Shown here one piece after another: positions 47,616 through 56,118 of a stretch of 64,000 nucleotides of DNA (its first letter is position 1; each line of letters begins with the position of its first letter). The stretch comes from an uncultured Gammaproteobacteria bacterium (GTDB lineage: Bacteria > Patescibacteriota > Microgenomatia > UBA8517). Both the position numbers and the translations under genes were made by a program. The notes under the pieces were generated by a model. The model saw only the letters and a program-made list of their open reading frames with translations. It was not told the origin of the DNA and searched no databases. The stretch is from NCBI GenBank assembly GCA_964645605.1, contig CAZYCE010000002.1:67256-131255 (forward strand). Direction: 5' to 3'.

Positions 47616-49002
47616 ATTGTTTACGGGTTAAGATTACCACACCGTCCACTTTTTGGCCGGTTGTATAGTTAGCCATAACATAATTATAAATTTTTTCGGG
47701 AATGTATGAGGATAGACCGAAATTTGTATAAGGCTTAAAAACAATCAATTTAGGAGGGTTTTCCTGTAAATCCGCAATCATCTTTTCCTGAATGCCCGGT
47801 ATTTCCATATACCAGGAAAGTTGAGGAATCCAAGGGTCCGTCGAAGGAAGTGTGTTTGTAAGGGCGTAGATATTGTCCCACCAGTTCATTACAAATATCG
47901 GGTCCCCGGAGGATGTGTTGTATTTTACATAATCGGCGACCTCGACGACATCTTTCTCATAGAACCTTGTCCCTTCATTGAAATTTCGGATAAAGAAGCT
48001 CCCAAGAATATATAGGTTTCCCAGAATATAAATTGGGATAAAAATTTTAATAAAAAGATTTCTTTTATCTTTAAAGGACTCGATGCCAAGTGCCGTAGCA
48101 ATTGCCAAATAGGGAATCGCCGGCTGAAAATGAAAATATTCAAATCGGGGGTAAGCCCCAAGAGCGCCAGCTATGGCCCAAACCAACAGATTAATATTTT
48201 TCTTGCCGGTTTTTAAAATCAAAGGAATAAAAATCAGAAACGGAAAGACAGCAACACAGAGGGCTTTCAAATCGGGAAGTTGAATCTGTCCTTGAGCTTT
48301 GGGAAGGATAAAAACTCCGAATTTTACGGCCCAGTTCCAAAAATCCGGGAATATCTTCAAAACCTCAAGAATAACTACAAAGGGTACGGCGATCACAAAA
48401 ATTCCAGCTGCAAATTTTAGAATTTTCTTAACCGCCAATCTGTAATGCATTACCTTTTTGTTAAGATAGTGTCTTTGCAAATTAATTATCATCTCAAATA
48501 AAATTGGTATAAGTAACCAGACGGCAGTTTGTTTGGAGATAAAAGCGAGAGCCCAGAAAATACCGGTCCATAGCCAATTTTTGCAGGTGACAAAGTAGAA
48601 TGAGCAAAAGGCTAGAAGACCCATGTAAAGATCAAACCATAAGCCGTTTCCGTCGAAGAACAGCATCCAAACTGCAAAAAAGATAGTCGCCAAAAACGCT
48701 GATTTTTGGTTCCAAATTTTCCTGACAACCCCAAACACCAACCCGTCGGTAAAAAGTATCAAAATCCAGGTAAAAATCTTGAGCTGAAGTATGCCGGTTC
48801 CAAAAACTTTGTAGAACAGGCTCAAGTCAAAAAGCATCAGGGGGGTATGGGCTACGGCGATATCTCTGTAGGGCAGCCATCCTTTTGTAATTAGATACGG
48901 CCAAAGGGTCATTTCCGGCCAAGCGGTAAACTTCAGAACAATAAGAAGTACTAAATGAATTACCGAAATCCCAATTAAAAAAAGGTAGTCTTTACGTTTC
49001 AT
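47593..49002 (-). CDS. GT-C fold membrane glycosyltransferase
   Basis: AWPEM, LPYRD..HTP, SKQT, PRFEYFHFQP and GDPIFV; polytopic. Confidence 0.72.
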   Translation of the reverse strand: MKRKDYLFLIGISVIHLVLLIVLKFTAWPEMTLWPYLITKGWLPYRDIAVAHTPLMLFDLSLFYKVFGTGILQLKIFTWILILFTDGLVFGVVRKIWNQKSAFLATIFFAVWMLFFDGNGLWFDLYMGLLAFCSFYFVTCKNWLWTGIFWALAFISKQTAVWLLIPILFEMIINLQRHYLNKKVMHYRLAVKKILKFAAGIFVIAVPFVVILEVLKIFPDFWNWAVKFGVFILPKAQGQIQLPDLKALCVAVFPFLIFIPLILKTGKKNINLLVWAIAGALGAYPRFEYFHFQPAIPYLAIATALGIESFKDKRNLFIKIFIPIYILGNLYILGSFFIRNFNEGTRFYEKDVVEVADYVKYNTSSGDPIFVMNWWDNIYALTNTLPSTDPWIPQLSWYMEIPGIQEKMIADLQENPPKLIVFKPYTNFGLSSYIPEKIYNYVMANYTTGQKVDGVVILTRKQYAYSNFE

Positions 49003-49004
49003 CT

Positions 49005-49841
49005 TTAGTATCCAGCCCTTCCCCACCAAATTCTGCGTTTCAGTTTCCTAAGGGGAGTTTCGAGGCTCGATCTAAACTTTAATTTAAAATCCATTGTCCT
49101 CCATGGGCTTTTGATAAATTCGGGTCTACTTCTGAAAAACACCTCCGGATAGTAAAAATCTTTTGGAAAAGGTTCACCTATTTCGTGCTTTAGTTTTTTG
49201 CCGCGTTTAATTACCTCCGCGTCCTTCCCCTCCCCCGCCCTTGGCAAAAAAGTTGTATGAAGGTAAGGAGCATCAACAAAGCCGACTTTGGACCCCCTAT
49301 CCTGGATCATCCGATTGTCCCCATCCACCCAGCCCCAAACACCGTGAGCGCCCTCTGAGTGCAGTCCCAGGATTTTCCTATTTACTGCCCTGAGATTATA
49401 GTGCCCGGTACGTCCGGCAAGTTTATATCTTCCTGCTTTTTCTTCCTGTCTATGAAAAACATCACCTACAGGATTTATTGTCGGGACAACAATTGATTCC
49501 AATTCATTTCCTTTCTCCCTTATCAGATCGGTAATCTTTTTGATGGACTCTTCCCACCAAACCTCATCCGCATCGACCACGATAAACCAATCGGAGATTG
49601 TCGCATCGAGCATTTCCTGACGGGCCCTGGTAAACGTTTCGGAGGTAACCTCACCATACTGTCTAAATTCAATTTTGTCAGGATACTTTTTTCTAAGTTC
49701 TTCAATAATTTCTAGCGTCCCATCGGTACTCCCCGTATCCCAAAGGAGAAGTTTATCAACATGGTTGACGACACTCGACACAGCATACCAAAGCCAGAGT
49801 GCTTCGTTTTTTACAAGAGTATGAGCAACAATAGAATTCAT
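49005..49841 (-). CDS. GT2 glycosyltransferase
   Basis: LVKNE, DTGSTDGT and VDADE motifs. Confidence 0.88.
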   Translation of the reverse strand: MNSIVAHTLVKNEALWLWYAVSSVVNHVDKLLLWDTGSTDGTLEIIEELRKKYPDKIEFRQYGEVTSETFTRARQEMLDATISDWFIVVDADEVWWEESIKKITDLIREKGNELESIVVPTINPVGDVFHRQEEKAGRYKLAGRTGHYNLRAVNRKILGLHSEGAHGVWGWVDGDNRMIQDRGSKVGFVDAPYLHTTFLPRAGEGKDAEVIKRGKKLKHEIGEPFPKDFYYPEVFFRSRPEFIKSPWRTMDFKLKFRSSLETPLRKLKRRIWWGRAGY

Positions 49842-49846
49842 AAAGC

Positions 49847-49935
49847 AAATTACTAATTTAAAATTCCTAATTACTAATAAAATCCCAATTAATAAATTTA
49901 AAAAATTCGAATTTTATTTAAATTTTAAATTCAAA
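49847..49935. repeat. AT-rich 7-bp degenerate array, intergenic
   Basis: aaattac-taattta-aaattcc-taattac-taataaa... Confidence 0.5.
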
Positions 49936-49936
49936 A

Positions 49937-51223
49937 TTAACCATTTTTATGTCCCCAATAATGCTTAATCACAATCGTCCATGTATAAATGACGAGGATT
50001 GTATTCGTTACTCCTAAAGTTATTGTCGGTCCAAAAACTCCAAATTTCGGAATCAGTAAAAAATTAAGAAGGAATATCGCCGCAACCTGAAAAAAAGAAA
50101 ATGCTCCTATGTAAACAGTCTTTTTCATTGAATAGATAATTGCCGAAACACTTGGCGCTGTAAATAAAAACGGAATTTGTGCTGCAGCAAGTGCCCGGAA
50201 AACAGGAACCGAATCGATATATTTGTCTCCGAACAGGGTAAGAATAAACGGTTTGGCAATTATTATCCATAAAACTACTCCAGCAGCAATCGGAAGAATT
50301 GCCAGGAGGGATTTTAGAATATATTTTTTCTCTGCTTCTTTATTTCCGAATGAGGCAAGACGAGGTGCCAAAACTGCGGAAAAGCTTCCGGAAAGAATTA
50401 TTATAAAAGAAGCCAGACGGGAGGGAATTGAATAGAGACCGGTGGCAAGGGCCCCTGCCATTGTTGCCAGCATCTGGACATCAAGCCTTCCTGAAACTGA
50501 AGAGATAATCCTATTGACCCCAATCCAACCTGAATATTTCAGTAAATTTCTGTATTCGTTCCTTTGAGGTCTTGAGTGGAGAAAATCGCCCTTAACAAAA
50601 AACGCAATCAAGGCAATCTCTACTACAAAACCTGCTCCGAATGCCCAAAAGGCTTTGGACATAGTTAAACCTCCGATTAAATAAAATCCGAGAGCAAAAA
50701 GAAATCTTGCCAGATAAAATGCGTTATCGATTACCGTTGAATGAAGAAATTTCTTCTTTGCCTGCAAAATATAAGGGAAAAACATATCGGGGAAAAGAAA
50801 GATCGGAATAACCGCCGCCCAGAGAGCAATTTTGGGGTCATTTGACGCCAAAAAAGTCTTTGAAACAAAAGGCGCAAATACGGCAACTATTGCGGATATT
50901 GCCAAAACTATAAAAAGTCTTATCAGAAATGATGCTTTTGTGTACTCGTTGGCTTTCTCGTGTTCCCCGCGAGCTGTGTGGCTGGAGACAAAATTTACAG
51001 CACCTGTGGAGATACCAATGTCAGCAAGTGAGGAAAGAATAACTACAAAGTTCAGAACAGCGGAGAAAATTCCGAATTCGGAGATACTCATCGAACGGGC
51101 TGCAAAGAGTGTGAAGAGAAATCCCCAAAAGGAAGAGCCCAGGTTCCCAGCAAAAAGAATAAAAGTATCTTTGGCCGTGGCCGTAAAAAGCATGCCTTTG
51201 ACCATATCGTAATACTTCCGCAT
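49937..51223 (-). CDS. wzx: Wzx-type oligosaccharide flippase
   Basis: About 12 TMs; EFGIFS, DIGIS, RLD, GLYS, VLAPRLAS and LLIPKFGVFG motifs. Confidence 0.85.
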   Translation of the reverse strand: MRKYYDMVKGMLFTATAKDTFILFAGNLGSSFWGFLFTLFAARSMSISEFGIFSAVLNFVVILSSLADIGISTGAVNFVSSHTARGEHEKANEYTKASFLIRLFIVLAISAIVAVFAPFVSKTFLASNDPKIALWAAVIPIFLFPDMFFPYILQAKKKFLHSTVIDNAFYLARFLFALGFYLIGGLTMSKAFWAFGAGFVVEIALIAFFVKGDFLHSRPQRNEYRNLLKYSGWIGVNRIISSVSGRLDVQMLATMAGALATGLYSIPSRLASFIIILSGSFSAVLAPRLASFGNKEAEKKYILKSLLAILPIAAGVVLWIIIAKPFILTLFGDKYIDSVPVFRALAAAQIPFLFTAPSVSAIIYSMKKTVYIGAFSFFQVAAIFLLNFLLIPKFGVFGPTITLGVTNTILVIYTWTIVIKHYWGHKNG

Positions 51224-51276
51224 TCTACAATTATAGATGATTAATCCCTAATGGTTAATGGTGGTAAAATTAATGT
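51224..51276. promoter_or_regulatory. Divergent leaderless-type promoters
   Basis: Minus strand TATAAT-6nt-ATG (wzx); plus strand TGgTAAAAT-6nt-ATG (51277). Confidence 0.6.
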
Positions 51277-51987
51277 ATGAAAATACGCGATTTTGTCTTA
51301 TCTCTTCCCTCCATAATTATAAGTGCGATTTTTCTTTACCTCTATTATTTGGAGTCGTTTAATTACGACAATTTCGTATTTACGACTTTCCACTTTAATT
51401 TAGCACGTTTCTCGTTTATTCCCGGAGTCTTCTGGGCAAGCTGGGCAGTCTACTTTTTGGCAAGAAAGAAAGTAAAACAGGAAATTATAGTTTTGGCTGT
51501 CATTTTTTGCCTTGTCTCAATTCCTTCCGGTGTTCGGTCTTTGGGGATCGTATCTGCAAGGACGGTTCTTACATTTAGGGGAAAGGGTCGTATTGTCCAA
51601 AAATCTATGGAGAAAATGTACGGAAACGACTATAAATTTATGAATTTCGTTAAATCATATTTGCCGGAAAACAAAAATATTGTTCTTATTCTTCCGCCGA
51701 ACACACTCCCATGGAGACACACCGGAAATCCCCAAATTATGAATAGCTATCTTTATCCTGTTACAACCACCAACAGCACACAAAGCGCATCTCCCTATGT
51801 GCTAATTTCGTCTGAAGAAGACGGTGCCGGCTACCACCTTTGGCCGGATTATAAAATACGGACAGAGAAAATTGTTATTTTTAACTGGAATAATAATGAA
51901 CCAACAATAATTGAAAATGCGGATTGGGATCCTAAGGAATGGGAGGATAAAAAACCTTGGGGTTTAATCATAAAAAACAATGAATAA
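51277..51987 (+). CDS. Unknown membrane protein (partner X, copy 1)
   Basis: 3 N-terminal TMs plus a soluble domain with ILPP, YLYP, WPD and WGLI; homologous to 61803-62816. Confidence 0.8.
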   Translation: MKIRDFVLSLPSIIISAIFLYLYYLESFNYDNFVFTTFHFNLARFSFIPGVFWASWAVYFLARKKVKQEIIVLAVIFCLVSIPSGVRSLGIVSARTVLTFRGKGRIVQKSMEKMYGNDYKFMNFVKSYLPENKNIVLILPPNTLPWRHTGNPQIMNSYLYPVTTTNSTQSASPYVLISSEEDGAGYHLWPDYKIRTEKIVIFNWNNNEPTIIENADWDPKEWEDKKPWGLIIKNNE

Positions 51988-53188
51988 TTTAATCGGAGGC
52001 GTTGCACTTTTGTCTCTAGCCGTTCCCGGCTTTTTTATTAATTCGATTATTTTGAAAAAAGAAAGAGCTATCGAATCTTTGGCTCTTTCCTGGCTCACGG
52101 GAAGTGCCGCCTTTACTCTAATTCTTTACTTCTTAAATAGTTTTTTGAAAATACCCCTAAACCTCGCATCCTCCACATCAGTTTTTATAATTCTTACTCT
52201 CGTATTATTTATCATCGCCCGTAAAAACATTGCATTTCCTAAAGTTGAATTTAAAAACAACAAGCTTCTTGTCGGCATTCCGGTAGTTATCGCGGTCTTA
52301 ATGTTTGCCACATCATTTTTCTATCCAGTTATGGATTGGGACGCAATAACACTTTTTGATTTCAGGGCAAGAATATTGGTTAGAGAGGGCTTTCTTACCA
52401 ACGAGATAATAGAAATGCTTTACGGAGGTTACCCAATGTATACGTCCCTTCTTCACTTCTGGACATATATAACAGGGCTTTCCTCACCAATGCCTATCTA
52501 CCCGATTTTTACAATTTCACTTTTTGTCGGAATTTATTTTGCTTTGAAAAAAATATTAACTAAAAACATTTCGCTTTTGATTGCCTCTGCCTGCATTCTC
52601 ACTCCGAGAATCTTTGAGAATTCTTTTATCGCCTACACGAACCTTCCCTACACTGTCTTTGTTACACTTGGAGCTTTGTATATATATCTTTTCGTTAGAG
52701 ACAAAAATTACAGAAGTCTGATTATCGGAATTGCTTTTTCTTTAACAACATTTTGGGTACGCTCGTTTCCTTTTGCCTTAATAAATTTTGCACTTATCTT
52801 TTTAGCGGCACCATACGTCAAAAGATATTCAAAATATTTGGCCGTTGGTTCAATAATTTTATTAATTGCAAGCTATTTTCTCCCTTTCACCCGCGAGGTG
52901 GCAGACTACCTAAAATGGGCAGTGTTTGAATATTATTTCCCCTACTGGATAATTTTTATCGGTATCTTTATATATAAATTGATTAGGAATTCGAAAGACT
53001 GGTTCTGGGCGCTAACTTACATTGGCTACGCATTCGTTACACTCGTTGGTACTTACATTATTGGTAAAACCTGGCCGGGATATTACAAGGCTATTCCCGA
53101 CGCGGTCCAACGGATGACAATGTTTATAAATATCGCAGTGGTGTTATTTGCATCTACTCTCATTAATCCTTCTTCACAAAAAGAATAG
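51980..53188 (+). CDS. Putative GT-C membrane glycosyltransferase (WDA type, copy 1)
   Basis: Polytopic; P..DWDA..FDFRAR and YP..TSL.H; homologous to 60418-61806. Confidence 0.7.
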   Translation: MNNLIGGVALLSLAVPGFFINSIILKKERAIESLALSWLTGSAAFTLILYFLNSFLKIPLNLASSTSVFIILTLVLFIIARKNIAFPKVEFKNNKLLVGIPVVIAVLMFATSFFYPVMDWDAITLFDFRARILVREGFLTNEIIEMLYGGYPMYTSLLHFWTYITGLSSPMPIYPIFTISLFVGIYFALKKILTKNISLLIASACILTPRIFENSFIAYTNLPYTVFVTLGALYIYLFVRDKNYRSLIIGIAFSLTTFWVRSFPFALINFALIFLAAPYVKRYSKYLAVGSIILLIASYFLPFTREVADYLKWAVFEYYFPYWIIFIGIFIYKLIRNSKDWFWALTYIGYAFVTLVGTYIIGKTWPGYYKAIPDAVQRMTMFINIAVVLFASTLINPSSQKE

Positions 53189-53214
53189 CTGAAGCGCCAA
53201 TAAGTTCATTATCG

Positions 53215-54525
53215 TCACTCAATTATATTAAGACCCTTCAGATCATAATACCCGGCAACGCATGAAGCTACCCATCCGTTATTATCCGAAAAATTATCCA
53301 GCCCCCCAACGGATTTAATATTGTGAATAGTCGGTAAATTTTTAACTTCTTCATCCCAAGATATGGCGTAGTTTTTAACTTCCGTTCTGACTTTACTCCA
53401 ATCTTTCCAAACCGAAACACCCACTAGGCTGGAGAAAACAATATTTAATATTATGAATATCCAAGATATTTTTGAGAGAAACTTTTTATTTAATAAATTG
53501 TTTAAAAGAGTCACTAAACAGACTGAGAAAATAAAGAAACAATACAATATCAAGCTGGTTATTATAAAAAGAGTTCTTTCCGGAGGGATAATGCTCATCG
53601 AATAGTAGCCCGATCCCATTACCGCCATCGTAACAGATACCGAAGCCAGCGCCGTTATCAGCATTATATATATTATTTTCTTGGATCTAACAATAAATTT
53701 TCGAGAGAATAAATATGTTGCGGTCAAAATAACAACAAGAGAAGACAAAAAAGTCTTGATTGACAAAAATCTCAATAGATACCATTTTGTTGCCAGGATG
53801 GTAGATTTCATAACAAACAATAAACTTTCCGGTTTTGTTACAGAGAGACCCCTTGCAGCATTACCGGGGGCAAGTAACATGATTATCAGTGAGATTGTAA
53901 TTCCGGCGATTCCTGCAACAGCAATTTTCATCTTTTCTTTTTTGTCTTTCGGATTGATGACTAAAACTATTCCCAATACAAAAATCAAAAAGACCAATGC
54001 GGCGACGGCAAACGATTCGGAAAATCCTCCGGCAACGAACATAAAAAGAAATGGAATGATTACTCCCCTCTTTTCTTTTTTGGAAACTAAACGAACGAGA
54101 AATAAATTTAAAAATATAAAGGGAATTGTGTAATTAAGTGACCCCGTCTGCCAATAAAACGACTGAATGATATTTGGTGCATTTATTAAAGTGAGTATTA
54201 CAAAAAGTGATGCAAAAATAACATTTGAAAAGAAAAGTGGAATGGTAGTTAGGACCAAACCGGCTAACAAAAGTATCGGAAGAACTCTTATGACCCATGG
54301 CCCAATGAGTTCAAAAAAATCAAGGAAAGCGATATAAGAATACCGGCCCGTCCAAGTTTTCCACCAACCAATTTGTGCACCAAAATAACCATTGTCTCGC
54401 AAAAATGTCGCTGAGCAAAAATCGTCCACCCAATAACGAACGTATGGAACAGTTGTAACAATATAATATAGTCCCATACCAATCAGAATAATGTATGGCA
54501 AATAAATAAGAAGTTTTTTAATCAT
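53215..54525 (-). CDS. Putative GT-C membrane protein (DUF6056-like)
   Basis: DDFC, W..WTGRYS, FYWQTGSLNY, GGFSE and APGN..R motifs. Confidence 0.7.
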   Translation of the reverse strand: MIKKLLIYLPYIILIGMGLYYIVTTVPYVRYWVDDFCSATFLRDNGYFGAQIGWWKTWTGRYSYIAFLDFFELIGPWVIRVLPILLLAGLVLTTIPLFFSNVIFASLFVILTLINAPNIIQSFYWQTGSLNYTIPFIFLNLFLVRLVSKKEKRGVIIPFLFMFVAGGFSESFAVAALVFLIFVLGIVLVINPKDKKEKMKIAVAGIAGITISLIIMLLAPGNAARGLSVTKPESLLFVMKSTILATKWYLLRFLSIKTFLSSLVVILTATYLFSRKFIVRSKKIIYIMLITALASVSVTMAVMGSGYYSMSIIPPERTLFIITSLILYCFFIFSVCLVTLLNNLLNKKFLSKISWIFIILNIVFSSLVGVSVWKDWSKVRTEVKNYAISWDEEVKNLPTIHNIKSVGGLDNFSDNNGWVASCVAGYYDLKGLNIIE

Positions 54526-56095
54526 TCTTTATTAGGAGTATTGCACCGGCATCCTGTTTCTCGTAATTATCGGCCGAACTGACCTTATACATTCCTTTCA
54601 ATGTGTATTCTCTTGCGATCTCGCCGCATCCTTCGCATGTCCATTTTTTGGAATCGGTAGGATTTTCAAAAATCATTCTCCAACTATCCCCCATATAATA
54701 ATTGGCGTCATCTATCAAATAACTTGTAAGATAAATTGCATCAAAAGGAATTTTGCCTGTTGCAGGATCTAACAACTGTTTCGGTTCCAACGGAAACCAC
54801 ACGGTTTTTCTTTCTCCGTACCAGCTTCCCCAAGTATCAAGATTGGTAATAACAACCTGGCCAGAATCCGTGTTCTCTTTCAGAATCCTGCTTAGTTCAG
54901 CATATACAGGGGGCTTGCCCGTATTGTGTATCTTTGCTTCAAACCTCGAGTCAAGCATGAATATACCTATTGTTTGACCAACGCCGAATAATAGAATTAT
55001 GAATAATGAATTAAGAATTATGCAGGCCTGTTTTGAAATTGAAAATTTTGATTTTGATAATTGATTGGTAATTGGTAATTGAAAATTGGTTATTAGTTCC
55101 ACGATTGTCCCCACCGCAATTATGTAAACAAATGGAATTACCGGATGAATATAACGGTAGAACGGAATACTGGCCGCCGTTACAATAAGTGTCACAACGA
55201 TCATGAACATGCTCGCCCATTTAAAAGCATGCCGTTCCGAAGCCTTTGGCGAAGGACGGAATAATCCAATGATAAACAAAGCTAAGAAATATGGGTTAAT
55301 GATTTGCGGAAGTGCTTTGTAAAAATTGTAGAGATTGTAAAAGATATTTTTCAGTGTTGGTACTATTCCCCCACCGGCAACAACTGCCGCTCCTCTTAAG
55401 GCATCTGATGCCGTAGAACTTTGGTTGAAAGACGATCCTATTCCCCTACCGATGATGGAATACAAAAAGTATTTTCCGGAAAGAGGCCTCAATACAAAAT
55501 AATCAATCAAAACTCCAAAAAACAAAATACAAATAAAGGAAATTACGGCTTTTTTAGGCTTAAAGTTTACAAGAAGCCAGAAAAGAATTATCCCCGCAAT
55601 ATAAATAAATGCCTGAGGACGGGTAAAATACATCAGAACCAAAAACAAAACTGTTACCGCATTCGTCCATTTTTTCTTGAGGGACGCAAAATAAAGTCCG
55701 GCAACTATTTCAAAAATAAATGGTGACTCGGAAGCACCGTTTGTAGCATAGTGAATAATGTCATAGCTTGCCCCAACTGCCAACGTCGACAAAGCTCCAA
55801 CCAATTTGCTATTAAATATTTTCTTTCCAAGAAGGTAGACAAAAACTAATGTCAGAATGAAATAGAAAAACGACGTAGCAATTACTGCAAAATCAGTAAC
55901 TCCAAAAATCTTAAAAAACGCAGCAATTGACACCGGCATTACAGGTGGTGTCCAAAGAGCAGAAAAGATAGCACTTTTAATTAATTCAAAAATATTTGAT
56001 GACCAAAATGAAAAATTGCTTCCAAATCCTAACCCATTAATTAAATTCCTGGCAAAATCCGCAAATTTGGCTGCATCAGAAAGGTCAAGATACAT
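54518..56095 (-). CDS. GT-C fold membrane glycosyltransferase (GT39-like)
   Basis: SDAAKFADFARNL..G, PP..P, GASE, TRPQ and RY..P; C-terminal soluble domain. Confidence 0.75.
   Translation of the reverse strand: MYLDLSDAAKFADFARNLINGLGFGSNFSFWSSNIFELIKSAIFSALWTPPVMPVSIAAFFKIFGVTDFAVIATSFFYFILTLVFVYLLGKKIFNSKLVGALSTLAVGASYDIIHYATNGASESPFIFEIVAGLYFASLKKKWTNAVTVLFLVLMYFTRPQAFIYIAGIILFWLLVNFKPKKAVISFICILFFGVLIDYFVLRPLSGKYFLYSIIGRGIGSSFNQSSTASDALRGAAVVAGGGIVPTLKNIFYNLYNFYKALPQIINPYFLALFIIGLFRPSPKASERHAFKWASMFMIVVTLIVTAASIPFYRYIHPVIPFVYIIAVGTIVELITNFQLPITNQLSKSKFSISKQACIILNSLFIILLFGVGQTIGIFMLDSRFEAKIHNTGKPPVYAELSRILKENTDSGQVVITNLDTWGSWYGERKTVWFPLEPKQLLDPATGKIPFDAIYLTSYLIDDANYYMGDSWRMIFENPTDSKKWTCEGCGEIAREYTLKGMYKVSSADNYEKQDAGAILLIKND
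54986..55098. repeat. Two 7-bp tandem arrays inside a GT-C gene
   Basis: gaattat-gaataat-gaattaa-gaattat (54994-55021) and attggta-attggta-attgaaa-attggtt-attagtt (55064-55098), encoding ITNFQLPITNQLSKSKFSISK..IILNSLFII. Confidence 0.75.
55232..55259. repeat. REP-like GC-rich palindrome inside a GT-C gene
   Basis: Minus strand ccgtccttcgccaaaggcttcggaacgg: closing stem, two TTCG elements and an inner CC-AAA-GG hairpin; encodes RPSPKASER. Confidence 0.55.
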
Positions 56096-56118
56096 AGATA
56101 GATTCTATCACCAACGTT

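Noticed and set aside
51250-51266. aatggttaatggtggta resembling the MraZ boxes
   Set aside because: Only two units with 7-bp instead of 10-bp spacing, overlapping the -10 region; probably chance
51224-53214. Invertible (phase-variable) segment explaining the plus-strand gene pair
   Set aside because: No inverted repeats at the two boundaries and no recombinase in the window
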